A stretch of DNA of 64,000 bases, from IMG/VR virus record IMGVR_UViG_3300050821_018050, positions 95,806 to 159,805 of that record; one strand, given 5' to 3'. The first letter of the stretch is position 1; each line of letters opens with the position of its first letter. Shown here piece after piece: positions 23,114 to 33,277 of this stretch. Under the pieces are notes generated by a model. That model was not told the origin of the DNA, ran no database searches, and saw only the letters and a list, made by a program, of their open reading frames with translations. The DNA is from a virus. A program made the translations under genes and the position numbers.

Positions 23114-23761
23114 TTGATGTCTGTTCAAAAAGTGGATTCCCTTATCATCGGTAAAGGGGCGATTAATTCTAATGCCCAATCAGCTCAAATCTTCGCTTCA
23201 ACGCTGGCTGTAGGCGTTTATAGCGCTTCTACGTCGTATGTGGATCAGGCATGTGTTGAATATTCCGGTGCTATTTATCGTTCTATAGGCGGCTCTAATC
23301 TGGGCAATACACCTTCTTCGAGCCCTACTGTTTGGGAAGTCATAATCAAAACGATTCAAGACGGAGATGCGTGTTTTGTCGTAAATAGTGGGAATTCTGA
23401 TTTACAGATCCGATTAAACGGCGTTTGGTCATCCTTTGGCGGCAAACCATACAGTCTCTCTTTAAACGATAATCAGACATCACCGATTGCGGCCTTTAGT
23501 TATCCAGGGTCTGCGATGCCATATGCCATTTTAGAGGTTCGCGTCCGAAGAAACAACGGATTCTCTTCAGCAAAAGTTTACACATACAATGTTGTGACCG
23601 ATGGGTCTAACGTGCAATATTCCTCATCTGGTGTTGACCTTGGAGTTGATACGGGAGTTACTTTTACCGTCGCCATAGTTACCGGTCAAGTTCAATTCCA
23701 ATATACATCCACTAACTTAGGTCAAAGCATTCAACTTGACTATAGCATAAAAGGATTTTAA
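23114..23761 (+). CDS. virion/tail protein with CBM5/12-like module
   Basis: YSASTSY....VEYSGAIYRS....N.GNTP.....W resembles a chitin-binding type 3 module; C-terminal beta domain shared with neighbours. Confidence 0.7.
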   Translation: MMSVQKVDSLIIGKGAINSNAQSAQIFASTLAVGVYSASTSYVDQACVEYSGAIYRSIGGSNLGNTPSSSPTVWEVIIKTIQDGDACFVVNSGNSDLQIRLNGVWSSFGGKPYSLSLNDNQTSPIAAFSYPGSAMPYAILEVRVRRNNGFSSAKVYTYNVVTDGSNVQYSSSGVDLGVDTGVTFTVAIVTGQVQFQYTSTNLGQSIQLDYSIKGF

Positions 23762-23763
23762 GT

Positions 23764-25068
23764 ATGTCTCAAATACCACCAAATCAAGGAGCAATTAAGT
23801 CGTCAGAAATAGCTACTGATTCTGCGATCTCGGCCATTGGCTCTACTTCTGGGACCGATCTATTTTCTGTTGTTGGACAAATACAACAATTAGCTCTTGA
23901 TGCTTTCTTTAAACAAAGTCTTTCGCCTTTTTCTTTGGGTGAGCTTTTTTGGGACGGCACGCAGGTTTTCTTTAATCAAAATGGTCGCGGCAATAATTTA
24001 ATGGTTCGGGTTTTACAGACTCAAGATGCTTCGCTAAGAACGATCGATCTAATGATGACCGGAAGTAATTCTGGAAACACTGCAACAACTTTTTTCAATA
24101 TTCCTCTAAATAATAATGATCTAATGTATCTTGAAATTGATAGAGCTACACTATTATCAGCGCCAGGTGGGATCTTAACGATTCAAAATAACGCTTCGGG
24201 TGGATCTTTGGTGGCCGGAAAAACTTTAAAAGTTATTAATATGACTTCTTCCACCGGATTGCCTCAATTAACTTCTATGCTGGACGGCACGGGCACTTCT
24301 TTGTATATTCCTATCGCTTATCGTTATGATTGGACTGACGGAGTTACAAATTTTCAAGATTTAAATTGGGCCATTAATCGTGAACGCTGGCCAATGAATA
24401 CAATTTCTTATCTGGGTACTCCTGTTGCAGGAGGAATTGAGCCGACCGGAACAGGATTAGATTTCTGGGGTCCAACTGCTCCGGTGGGTTACGTTATGGC
24501 GTCTGGAAGAACAATTGGTAATGCTGGTACTAATGCATCCGAACGTGCAAATTCTGATACTGCCGCTTTATTTACTTTATTTTGGACTAATTATTCTGAT
24601 GCTACATTACCGATGTACACAAATTCAGGATTCCCTCAAGCTCGCGGAGCCAGCGCGGCTGCTGATTTTGCAGCTAGTATGTTAATGACCATTCCTGATA
24701 AGCGCGGCAGAGTTTCTGTCGGAAAAGATGACATGGGCGGAACTGCAGCAAATAGAATTACTGCTGGCGGATCTGGCGTTCCGGGCACAACTCTTGGCGG
24801 CGCTGGTGGTGAAGAAACGCACACTCTATCACAAGGGGAGATGCCCGTTCACGCACATTCAGTTAACGATCCATCTCACGCTCATAATCTTCAATCTCAA
24901 AATGGTGGTGGCGGTAATCCTGGAAGCAATTATGGTACTGGCGCTAACGCATTAACTTGGCATACCGCTGCTGCAGTAACAGGCATATCGCTTAATAATG
25001 CTGGTGGTGGTGCCCCACACAATAATACTCAGCCAACAATAATTTGTAATTACATTATCAAGCTTTAA
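23764..25068 (+). CDS. tail fibre protein with tail-collar domain and His-rich tip
   Basis: PTG...F.G.TAP.GY....G, IPD.RGRV.VG, GGEETHTLS..EMP.HAH, HNN.QP....NYIIK. Confidence 0.85.
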   Translation: MSQIPPNQGAIKSSEIATDSAISAIGSTSGTDLFSVVGQIQQLALDAFFKQSLSPFSLGELFWDGTQVFFNQNGRGNNLMVRVLQTQDASLRTIDLMMTGSNSGNTATTFFNIPLNNNDLMYLEIDRATLLSAPGGILTIQNNASGGSLVAGKTLKVINMTSSTGLPQLTSMLDGTGTSLYIPIAYRYDWTDGVTNFQDLNWAINRERWPMNTISYLGTPVAGGIEPTGTGLDFWGPTAPVGYVMASGRTIGNAGTNASERANSDTAALFTLFWTNYSDATLPMYTNSGFPQARGASAAADFAASMLMTIPDKRGRVSVGKDDMGGTAANRITAGGSGVPGTTLGGAGGEETHTLSQGEMPVHAHSVNDPSHAHNLQSQNGGGGNPGSNYGTGANALTWHTAAAVTGISLNNAGGGAPHNNTQPTIICNYIIKL

Positions 25069-25077
25069 AGGTTAACT

Positions 25078-26376
25078 ATGGAAAATAATTTTCGCCGGTT
25101 TGAGGGCGGCTTCAGCGTAAAAGGAACTTTTTCAAGCGATCCGGCACAAGGAACGTCTGGAGACGTATATTATAACACCACCTTAAATACTTTTAAATAT
25201 TATAATGGAACGCATTGGGCACCAATGGGTGGCGGATCTGGTGGAGTAATTAAAGTAACTTTAATTGATCAAGTTACTTCAAGTCTGCCTTCTTCTACGC
25301 CTTACACTATTGACTCAGTGGCATTAGCTGATCAAGATACTGTTCTTTTCACTAATTTAACGAGTGGAGCAAATGAAATTTATCAAGCAAGTATTTCTGG
25401 GTCCACGATTACTTGGACTCTTACTACTCCATTTGCCGGAGGATTGAACGCGGCTCCTGCAGCAAGCGATCAGGTTATTATTGCTCAGGGTACTGCATTT
25501 GCCCAACAAGTCGGCACATTCAATGGCACTAATTGGGCATTTAATCAATACGTAAGATATTTTAATGGATTAGATTATTGGGAGCAATCTGCTACACAAA
25601 CATCAAATTTAATTGACAATAATCAAAATGATGTTTTTACGATGAACGTAAGTGGATCTGAAAATCTTAAAGTAGATTATTCTGTTTCAAGGGGTGGCAC
25701 TAAATCTGTCGGTACTCTTCATATTACTTCAGATGATACCAATGTAAGTTTGGCTGATACCGGAACCGATCTTGGTGATACCGGAGTAAGCTTCTCTGCG
25801 TTAGTTATTTCTGGTGTTTTACACGTACAATATACCACAACGTCTACCGGTTTTGCTGGTGTAATGAAATATGACATCAAGCGCTGGTCGGACGCCCCTG
25901 GTGGGCCTGCGGGAGTGCCTTCTTATACAGGTGGAACATCTGGGATCGGCGCAGCCGGTACCAATACACAAGTTCAATACAATGATTCTGGTGATCTAGG
26001 AGCTGACGCAAATTTTACATGGGATAAAACTACACAAATGCTTCAAGTAGGCGGTCAAGTGGTAAGTTCTGTTAACAGTTTGACATTACTAGATAATCAA
26101 CCGACAGATCAACCGCTTTTCTCATATAATGCAGCAGCTTATCCTAATATGATAGTCAACTACAGCATCGCTCGTGGGGGAGATGTAGAAGTAGGCCGCA
26201 TGTTACTTCCAAACAATGGTACGACAGTTGTAATTACTACTGAATCATCATTTACAGGAGTTGTGGGCATAAATTTTTCGGCAATAATTTCAGGGGGCAA
26301 CGTACAGGTACAGTACACAAGCTCATCAACAGGTTCCGGGGGAACTTTTCAGTACTACATCAACGCGTGGGCGTAA
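25078..26376 (+). CDS. tail fibre/virion protein
   Basis: G.VYYNTT...FKYYNG..W fibre motif; two copies of the shared beta-sandwich; NTQVQYND.G.LG motif. Confidence 0.75.
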   Translation: MENNFRRFEGGFSVKGTFSSDPAQGTSGDVYYNTTLNTFKYYNGTHWAPMGGGSGGVIKVTLIDQVTSSLPSSTPYTIDSVALADQDTVLFTNLTSGANEIYQASISGSTITWTLTTPFAGGLNAAPAASDQVIIAQGTAFAQQVGTFNGTNWAFNQYVRYFNGLDYWEQSATQTSNLIDNNQNDVFTMNVSGSENLKVDYSVSRGGTKSVGTLHITSDDTNVSLADTGTDLGDTGVSFSALVISGVLHVQYTTTSTGFAGVMKYDIKRWSDAPGGPAGVPSYTGGTSGIGAAGTNTQVQYNDSGDLGADANFTWDKTTQMLQVGGQVVSSVNSLTLLDNQPTDQPLFSYNAAAYPNMIVNYSIARGGDVEVGRMLLPNNGTTVVITTESSFTGVVGINFSAIISGGNVQVQYTSSSTGSGGTFQYYINAWA

Positions 26377-26385
26377 GGAATTTTT

Positions 26386-28545
26386 ATGGCAAATAACATT
26401 TTCAAATTATCGGGTATTTTACAAGTAGCAGTTTTAACTGCAGATCCATCGGGCGGAGCAGCCGGTTCTATTTATTACAATAGCACTAGTGGCACCTTCC
26501 GTATGTATAACGGAAGCGGCTGGAATGATACTGCGATCGGAACATTGAGTCTCACTGGGCAACCTTTGGCGACTTCTGATGTGATCGTCGGGAATGGTTC
26601 TGGAAATTCTGCCGCTGTGGCAACTTCTGGAGTCGGCGATATCCTTGCTGATGCTACGAACGGTTTAACCATTAAATCTGGTGTGATCGTAAACGCTGAA
26701 ATTAATGCCAGCGCAGCGATCGATTTCTCAAAATTAGCTTCTTTAACTAGTGGATCAATTTTGGTTGGTAATGGTTCTAATGTTCCGACTGCTGTTGCGA
26801 TGTCTGGTGACGTAGCAATCGTTGCTTCTGGTGCAACTACAATTCAACCTGCGGTTGTTTCAAATTCAAAATTGGCTAATATGGCCACTCAAACATTCAA
26901 AGGTCGTAATACTGCGGGTACAGGATCTCCAGAAGATCTTTCTGCTGCTACTGCTGCCGCAATTCTTCCAGCATTCGTTGGAGCTTCTGGTGGAACTACT
27001 GCCGGAACAAAAGGTTCGGTCCCAGCTCCAGCAATCGGCGATGATACTGCCGGTAAATTTTTGAAAGCTGATGGTACATGGACGACTCCTTCTAGCACAG
27101 CAACTACTGCACTCGATGGAACTTTCGTAATCGAAAATTCTAGTGACAATACTAAAAAATTAGCTTTTAGCGCTGCTGGTATTGCAACCGGAACAACTCA
27201 TACTATCACGATGCCAAATGCTGATGTTGACTTAGGCAATTTGACTAATAGTAATATTAGTTCATCTGCTGCCATCGCTGTTAGCAAACTCGCTGCCCAA
27301 ACCGCCAGTAAAGCGTTGGCAAGCGATGCATCTGGATTTATTACACCATCAACCACCACTTCTACAGAACTTGGTTATGTATCTGGTGTTACTTCAGCAA
27401 TCCAAACGCAATTAAATGCTACAGAAAAAACAGCAAATAAAGGCGCTGCAAATGGTTATGCTGGACTAGATGGTGGTGGTAAGGTCCCGGCTGCTCAATT
27501 ACCTAGCACGTTAATGAATTTCAGAGGAGCATGGAATGCTTCTACTAATAGTCCGACTCTCGCAGACGGTACAGGTGCCAACGGTGACGTTTGGCGTGCA
27601 TCAGTAGCAGGTACTCAAAACTTAGGTTCGGGTTCACAAACTTGGGCGGTCGGCGATTTCGCGATTTACAATGGCACCATTTGGCAGCATTCTCCAGCCG
27701 CTGACGGTGTATCTTCTGTAAATGGAAATACCGGTGCAGTAACCGTAAATGCAATTAATCAATTGTCTGGTGATGTTACTACTTCTGCCGCTTCTGGATC
27801 ACAATCTGAAGCTGCTACAATTTCTGCAGGCGCAGTAACTGCCGCAAAACTCGGTACTGTAACTGACGGAGTGACCCTCGACCAATCAGGGGCGGGCGGA
27901 ACTTTAGAAGTAAAAACTGGTGGTATCGCGAATGCTCAAATTGCTTCTGCTGCTGCTATCGCAGTAAATAAATTAGCGGCTCAAACCGCCAGTAAAGCGT
28001 TAGCGAGTGATGCATCTGGATTTATTACACCATCAACCACCACTTCTACAGAACTTGGTTATGTATCTGGTGTTACTTCAGCAATCCAAACACAAATTAA
28101 TGGCAAGATTGCTTCAGTTAGTGCAGATACCACACCTTCTTTGGGTGGGGATTTGAATGCTAACGGTCATGCAATTTACGGCAATTTAAAAATTGCTGCT
28201 ACTTCAGGTGCAACGGATTTCTTAACCGAATTCTATATGCCTGCTACCACTTTAACTGGTGGAACTACTGCAGCATTGACTACTTTCGCTTCAGGAACTT
28301 ATTCGGCCATGGAATTCACTTATACTATCGAAGACACTTCGGCTTCTCCTTCAAATATGCGCGTGGGTAAACTTCGCGTGATTTGTAATGGTACAGCTAT
28401 CGGATTAAGTGATGATTATGCTGAAACTGCTGATTGCGGTACTACCTGGAATGCTGCGGTAGCTACTGGGACTGTCACGATCAGTTACACGACCACTGCC
28501 AGCAATAAAACGTTCAGAGCTTCCGTTAAGCAATTCTTAGCGTAA
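26386..28545 (+). CDS. long tail fibre protein
   Basis: Ala/Ser/Thr/Gly-rich; I..SAAI..SKL, KG.ANG.A.LD..GKVP..QLP and VSSVNG.TG.V fibre motifs. Confidence 0.8.
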   Translation: MANNIFKLSGILQVAVLTADPSGGAAGSIYYNSTSGTFRMYNGSGWNDTAIGTLSLTGQPLATSDVIVGNGSGNSAAVATSGVGDILADATNGLTIKSGVIVNAEINASAAIDFSKLASLTSGSILVGNGSNVPTAVAMSGDVAIVASGATTIQPAVVSNSKLANMATQTFKGRNTAGTGSPEDLSAATAAAILPAFVGASGGTTAGTKGSVPAPAIGDDTAGKFLKADGTWTTPSSTATTALDGTFVIENSSDNTKKLAFSAAGIATGTTHTITMPNADVDLGNLTNSNISSSAAIAVSKLAAQTASKALASDASGFITPSTTTSTELGYVSGVTSAIQTQLNATEKTANKGAANGYAGLDGGGKVPAAQLPSTLMNFRGAWNASTNSPTLADGTGANGDVWRASVAGTQNLGSGSQTWAVGDFAIYNGTIWQHSPAADGVSSVNGNTGAVTVNAINQLSGDVTTSAASGSQSEAATISAGAVTAAKLGTVTDGVTLDQSGAGGTLEVKTGGIANAQIASAAAIAVNKLAAQTASKALASDASGFITPSTTTSTELGYVSGVTSAIQTQINGKIASVSADTTPSLGGDLNANGHAIYGNLKIAATSGATDFLTEFYMPATTLTGGTTAALTTFASGTYSAMEFTYTIEDTSASPSNMRVGKLRVICNGTAIGLSDDYAETADCGTTWNAAVATGTVTISYTTTASNKTFRASVKQFLA
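27298..28091 (+). repeat. intragenic direct repeat 27298-27407 / 27982-28091
   Basis: ~110-nt repeat, last ~83 nt identical, offset 684 nt (in frame). Confidence 0.9.
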
Positions 28546-28546
28546 T

Positions 28547-28555
28547 CCTAATATT
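28547..28555 (+). promoter_or_regulatory. candidate late promoter motif CCTAATATT
   Basis: Intergenic, upstream of 28634. Confidence 0.6.
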
Positions 28556-28633
28556 TTAGTTACTTAGGGAAATTACTTAGGTGGTCTCCCTAAATATAAT
28601 TTACAAAAAACTCTTCAAGGAAAGTGATTTGAA

Positions 28634-29386
28634 ATGAGTCAAAATAGTTTTAAGATAGATAAAAGTTTAGTTCTTAAGCCGCAAGGCACTGCGCCAACCA
28701 GCCCTGAAAAGGGGCAGATGTATGTTAATTCGTCTACCAATTTACTCAATTATTATGACGGCACGAATTGGAATCCAGTTGGATATGCCGTTGGTATTTT
28801 TGCTCCCACTATTGCCACTGATGCAACTACCGGGACTGCAGTCGCCCTAGCCCAGCCAGCTACTGGTGTCGTAGAAATAACGAGCGGTACGCTCGTTTCT
28901 GTTAATAACATCCCAGCACCTACAAGTGGATCTTTAGAATTTATTCTCGTTAATCGCACAGGAGTAACAGTCACCATTACTAATAATAGTGGAGGAACTG
29001 CGGCTAACCGTATTCAAACTGGTACTGGCGCGGATATTCCGCTTCTTAATCGTGCGTCCTTATTTTTAACTTATAGTACAAATGAATCTCGCTGGATGGT
29101 TGTCGGTGGAACGGGCGCTGCTCCGACCCTTAGTTCTTTAGGAATCAGAGCTGGGTCACAATCGGTTAGTTCTGGCGCTACGAGCGTTAGTGTTACTTTC
29201 AGTACAACCTTGGGCTCTACCAGTTACGCATTGAATCCTATTTTTATTAATACTGTAGATGCTAGTCCACAATATCAACCAATAACAGTTTCTGCCCAAA
29301 GTGCTACAGGTGCAACCTTTTCATGGAATGCTCCAACCGGGTCTGCAAACTATTCAATCCAATATACGGCAATTTTAAATAGTTAG
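28634..29386 (+). CDS. tail fibre protein with C-terminal H-type-lectin-like domain
   Basis: P.SP..GQMY......L.YYDGTNW; C-terminal SVTFS...Y.......S.TG.TF pattern. Confidence 0.7.
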   Translation: MSQNSFKIDKSLVLKPQGTAPTSPEKGQMYVNSSTNLLNYYDGTNWNPVGYAVGIFAPTIATDATTGTAVALAQPATGVVEITSGTLVSVNNIPAPTSGSLEFILVNRTGVTVTITNNSGGTAANRIQTGTGADIPLLNRASLFLTYSTNESRWMVVGGTGAAPTLSSLGIRAGSQSVSSGATSVSVTFSTTLGSTSYALNPIFINTVDASPQYQPITVSAQSATGATFSWNAPTGSANYSIQYTAILNS

Positions 29387-29394
29387 GAACTAAT

Positions 29395-32070
29395 ATGGCA
29401 AATTTTATAAATGGCGGACTTCAAGAACAGATTAATGTCACGGCAACTGCAGGTGGTACGACCACATTAGTAGGCAGCACGGCCACTAGCGCAACTCTTG
29501 GCAAACAGATGCAAGTTTTCACCGGTACTCTCGGGCAGACCGTTGTATTGCCAGATGCAACTACGATGAAAGTTGGCCAAAAATTTGAATTTTATAATCA
29601 ATCAACTGGAATTTTAACATTACAATTTAATGGGGCAACTCCATTTACTGATGCAAGCGGTTTGCCGTATGGCAGTATTCCTGCTCATGGATGTTTGATA
29701 GTTAAATTACAAACCAATGGAACCACTGCAGGCACATGGACTGTAATTTCTGCTTCTGCAGGGGCTGGTCCTTATGCTCCTACGGTTAGTACTCTTGCTT
29801 ACGGAAGTGGGCCAGGGAGTTATACTCATACTGGGAATTTTAATGCTTCTGGAACTTATACTACTCCATCTAACTGTTTATTTATTGAAGTAAAAATGGT
29901 CGGTGGTGGAGCCGGAGGCGTCGGTGGTGGTACTGGTACTGCGGGCAATGGTACTGCGGGATCTGCAACTACGTTCGGAACTTCTTTATTGGTTGCTAAT
30001 GGTGGTAATGCCGGTACGAATCAAAGTGTTCCCGGAACTGGTGGTACTGCATCTTTAGGCAGCGGCCCGAGTGGTATAGCTCTTACTGGTAACAATGGAA
30101 CTATGGGCCAATACGAAGGTGCTGGGATGGCCATAGCTTCTATTGGCGGTCAAGGTGGGTCTACTTATTTTGGTGGCCCTGGTTTACAAAATCAATTTGG
30201 CGGTCCTTCAGCAACGGCAGCTAATACTGGTGCCGGTGGTTGCGGTGGTAATAATAATCAAAGTCCTTCTGGATATGCCGGTGGCGGAGGCGGAGCTGGA
30301 GGTTTCGTTGATGCATATATAACTGCTTTATCACCTTCTTACACTTGCGCTATCGGATCTGGCGGATCTGGTGGAGCTGCGGGTGGCGGTAATGGATCTG
30401 CCGGTGGAGCCGGTGGTTCTGGGTATATTGAAGTGACTGAATACTATGCACCAACTTCTGCAGCTGCAGGTGGCGGCGGAGCATATACTCCTACCATTAG
30501 TAAAGCTCTTGGGCCTACAACTGCTGTAGGAACTGGCGGATTTTCTGCTACTGGCGTTTATACAACTCCTGCAAATGTAATTTCTCTTAGGGTTAGAATG
30601 ATTGGTGGAGGCGGTGGTGGTGCTGGCTCTGGGACAGCTTCAAGCAGTTCAAATGGTGGTAATGGTACAGCCTCTACATTTGGTACTTCTCTATTATCCG
30701 CAGGCGGTGGTGGTGGAGCAGTTTTTGGAGACGGTACGGGTGGTACCGGAGGTACTTCGAGTTTAGGATCTGGACCTATAGGTCTGGCATTAACCGGAAT
30801 GACAGGTATCGCCGCAGGATATAACAATACAACTGGATTTTATGCTGATGGGGGAATGGGAGGAGTGGCTCCATACTTTAGCGGGGCAGGATCGGGCGGA
30901 CCTCCCAATACTGCAGGTACAAATGCATTAGCAAATTCTGGTTCGGGTGGCGGTGGAGGAGGAACTGGTTCTATCGCAGCAAACAACAGTGGTGGTGGTG
31001 GTGGATCGGGTGGTTTTATCGAGGCATTCATCAATTCACCTGCCTCAACTTATAATTTTTCAGTGGGGGCCGCAGGTAGCGGTGGAAATGCAGGAACAAA
31101 TGGTTTTGCAGGCGGCTCGGGTGCAATAGGTTACATTGAAGTGACTGAATACTATGCAAATGGTTCGGTTGGAACTGCTACTACTTTAACTGGAGTCATT
31201 GTACCGGCTAATATTACCAATTCTTCTTTATTTACTCCTAATGTTCAAACATTTACTTCTGGCACAGCAGCAACTTATGGTCTTTCATATTGGTTTGGCG
31301 TTGTCGCCGCTAATGCGACTGTCGGAGCCGTCTACACAAACAATGGAAATAGTTTTACTGTAGCAAAAACAATTGCTGGCGGTACTTTTTTACTTTGTAC
31401 GAGCAACGGCGCTCCAGCCGCAACAGGAATACTAACAAAATCAAGTGGTACTGGGGATTCAACGATCACTTTTACCTCTACTAGAGCGCCGCTGTATATT
31501 GAAGTACAGATGGTTGCTGGTGGTGGTGGCGGCGGTGGCGGCGGAAATAGCGGGGCTCCATCTGCTGGAACTACTGGGAATAATACGATATTTGGTACCT
31601 CACTTTTAACTGCGGTTGGCGGTGGCCCTGGTGGATATGCGACGGGTGGAAGTGGTGGCGGTCCAGGAACAGTGGCATCACCCGCGATTTTAATTAAAAA
31701 TGTTGCTGGTGGTGGTGGCGGCGGTGGATCTATCGCAGTTCCTTCAGGTCAATATGGTATGACAGGTGCAGGCGGAAATTCTGCTCTTGGTGGTGGAGGC
31801 GCTGGAAGTACTGGGGCCAGTCCAGGGGCTGGAGTAGCTAATACTGGTGGTGGCGGAGCTGGTGGAACTGCTGGCCAACCTGGCGGTTTTGCTGGAGCGA
31901 CCGGTGGCGGAGCTGGTAATTATATTGAAGCTATTATTTATAATCCGTCAAGCACTTACACTTATACAGTTGCAGCATCTGCTGCCGGTGGAGCGGCTTC
32001 TGGTGGAACATCTGTGGCAGGCGCAGCCGGTGGTTCTGGATTAATCGTCGTTAAAGAATTCTTTCAATAA
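29395..32070 (+). CDS. glycine-rich tail fibre/adhesin with three tandem Gly-rich domains
   Basis: Three V.M.GGG.GG...FGTSLL.A.GG...G.I.V.E(Y/F) modules. Confidence 0.8.
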   Translation: MANFINGGLQEQINVTATAGGTTTLVGSTATSATLGKQMQVFTGTLGQTVVLPDATTMKVGQKFEFYNQSTGILTLQFNGATPFTDASGLPYGSIPAHGCLIVKLQTNGTTAGTWTVISASAGAGPYAPTVSTLAYGSGPGSYTHTGNFNASGTYTTPSNCLFIEVKMVGGGAGGVGGGTGTAGNGTAGSATTFGTSLLVANGGNAGTNQSVPGTGGTASLGSGPSGIALTGNNGTMGQYEGAGMAIASIGGQGGSTYFGGPGLQNQFGGPSATAANTGAGGCGGNNNQSPSGYAGGGGGAGGFVDAYITALSPSYTCAIGSGGSGGAAGGGNGSAGGAGGSGYIEVTEYYAPTSAAAGGGGAYTPTISKALGPTTAVGTGGFSATGVYTTPANVISLRVRMIGGGGGGAGSGTASSSSNGGNGTASTFGTSLLSAGGGGGAVFGDGTGGTGGTSSLGSGPIGLALTGMTGIAAGYNNTTGFYADGGMGGVAPYFSGAGSGGPPNTAGTNALANSGSGGGGGGTGSIAANNSGGGGGSGGFIEAFINSPASTYNFSVGAAGSGGNAGTNGFAGGSGAIGYIEVTEYYANGSVGTATTLTGVIVPANITNSSLFTPNVQTFTSGTAATYGLSYWFGVVAANATVGAVYTNNGNSFTVAKTIAGGTFLLCTSNGAPAATGILTKSSGTGDSTITFTSTRAPLYIEVQMVAGGGGGGGGGNSGAPSAGTTGNNTIFGTSLLTAVGGGPGGYATGGSGGGPGTVASPAILIKNVAGGGGGGGSIAVPSGQYGMTGAGGNSALGGGGAGSTGASPGAGVANTGGGGAGGTAGQPGGFAGATGGGAGNYIEAIIYNPSSTYTYTVAASAAGGAASGGTSVAGAAGGSGLIVVKEFFQ

Positions 32071-32077
32071 TTTATCG

Positions 32078-32380
32078 CTAAGGTTGCGATTGCGTGGCTT
32101 TAGCGGAATTATTTTCTTCAACTACTAAATGATTGATCGAAAACCAGGTTTGAGCCAGTGCGCTTAGAACTAATACTGGCCAGCCAGCAAAAATATACAA
32201 AACAATTGTGAATCCCGAGAGATCTATAAAGCTGATAAAATCAGGATTCACTCGCCCATTTAAAATGCTAATTGCCGCGAATAATACTCCAAAAACTGCA
32301 ACCGCAGTAACGTTAATAATCATAGCTGCTGAAAAATACGCCAATACTCTTAAAAAAGCTGATTTCATATAGTCTCCCAT
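32078..32380 (-). CDS. membrane protein (2 TM)
   Basis: ORF track; hydrophobic. Confidence 0.65.
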   Translation of the reverse strand: MGDYMKSAFLRVLAYFSAAMIINVTAVAVFGVLFAAISILNGRVNPDFISFIDLSGFTIVLYIFAGWPVLVLSALAQTWFSINHLVVEENNSAKATQSQP

Positions 32381-32652
32381 TTTAGCGAATAAAATCCGCC
32401 CATTGTTTCTATTTCAATAGTATTATTGTCAACCTGTTTAGCTGACATTAAAGTACTTGTTTTGATTCTATCGGAAAAACGACCGACAGAAATCTGAATT
32501 TCTCCGCTGTCATGCTTTGTAAGATTCAATGGACCTTTACAAATATCACCAACGAATACCCAGCTATTATTAGATTTGGCTCCAACCTTTTCTATCACGA
32601 AAGTAAGATTTTCACTTTTTTCTAATTCATCTAATTTAGCTTGATCAATCAT
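32365..32652 (-). CDS. hypothetical protein
   Basis: ORF track. Confidence 0.7.
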   Translation of the reverse strand: MIDQAKLDELEKSENLTFVIEKVGAKSNNSWVFVGDICKGPLNLTKHDSGEIQISVGRFSDRIKTSTLMSAKQVDNNTIEIETMGGFYSLKWETI

Positions 32653-32890
32653 TACTTGTTACCAAAATAGTCGGCTCATATTTGGCCTTAAGATCATCAT
32701 ACATCTTTTGCCATTCTTTTGCAAGTCTTTTATATTCGTCTCGTTCGAATTTGGAAACTGGGGTCTTTTTATGATGTTCGCAAGCTGCCCAGCCTGCTAA
32801 AAAATCATATTCAGCCGCTTCTACCGTAGAAGCTCCACAATTAACATATTGTTCAGAATGCTCTTTAGCTAATTTTTGTTTTTTCTGCAT
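32645..32890 (-). CDS. hypothetical protein (FLAGW motif)
   Basis: ORF track. Confidence 0.65.
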   Translation of the reverse strand: MQKKQKLAKEHSEQYVNCGASTVEAAEYDFLAGWAACEHHKKTPVSKFERDEYKRLAKEWQKMYDDLKAKYEPTILVTSND

Positions 32891-33074
32891 TTAGTAATTT
32901 TTCTCTTTCTTGTTTAGAAAAATAATATAAAACAAAAAGCATCGCAGGCCAAAACCAAATAATCGCACAAAAAGATCCCAAACAGCGGAAAACTTTTGAT
33001 CCCGGAAATGTGTGCGATCTGCAAAATGATGCGCCTAATGCGACGCCAATTCCAATAGCTAAATAAATATTCAT
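32865..33074 (-). CDS. small membrane protein (WP motif)
   Basis: ORF track. Confidence 0.65.
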   Translation of the reverse strand: MNIYLAIGIGVALGASFCRSHTFPGSKVFRCLGSFCAIIWFWPAMLFVLYYFSKQEREKLLNAEKTKIS

Positions 33075-33277
33075 TCTTTTAATCCTTCTAGGTTAGATCC
33101 AAATTTTGCCATTAAAGCTAGAGCCATATTACGGTAAACTTTTATTTCTTCTGGCGCAATATCTTCGAAAGGCATCCGTGGAGTCCCAGTTTGGTAGGTA
33201 TACTCTTCCGAAGACATGCCCCCATCATTTTCATAAATTACACGAGCTATTTTATCCAAACATTCGCTGCGTTTCAT
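33071..33277 (-). CDS. hypothetical protein
   Basis: ORF track 33071-33307; coupled start MKRSEC. Confidence 0.65.
   Translation of the reverse strand: MKRSECLDKIARVIYENDGGMSSEEYTYQTGTPRMPFEDIAPEEIKVYRNMALALMAKFGSNLEGLKE

Noticed and set aside
27298-28091. Diversity-generating retroelement TR/VR pair
   Set aside because: Both copies are in frame inside one gene, differences are synonymous and not adenine-specific, and there is no reverse transcriptase in the window.
28564-28593. Hairpin TTAGGGA...TCCCTAA as terminator
   Set aside because: No U-tract on the coding strand, and it lies just downstream of the late-promoter motif; at most a 5' leader hairpin.
32078-32380. Holin call
   Set aside because: Hydrophobic, but on the early strand and 4.6 kb from the lysozyme; nothing specific supports it.
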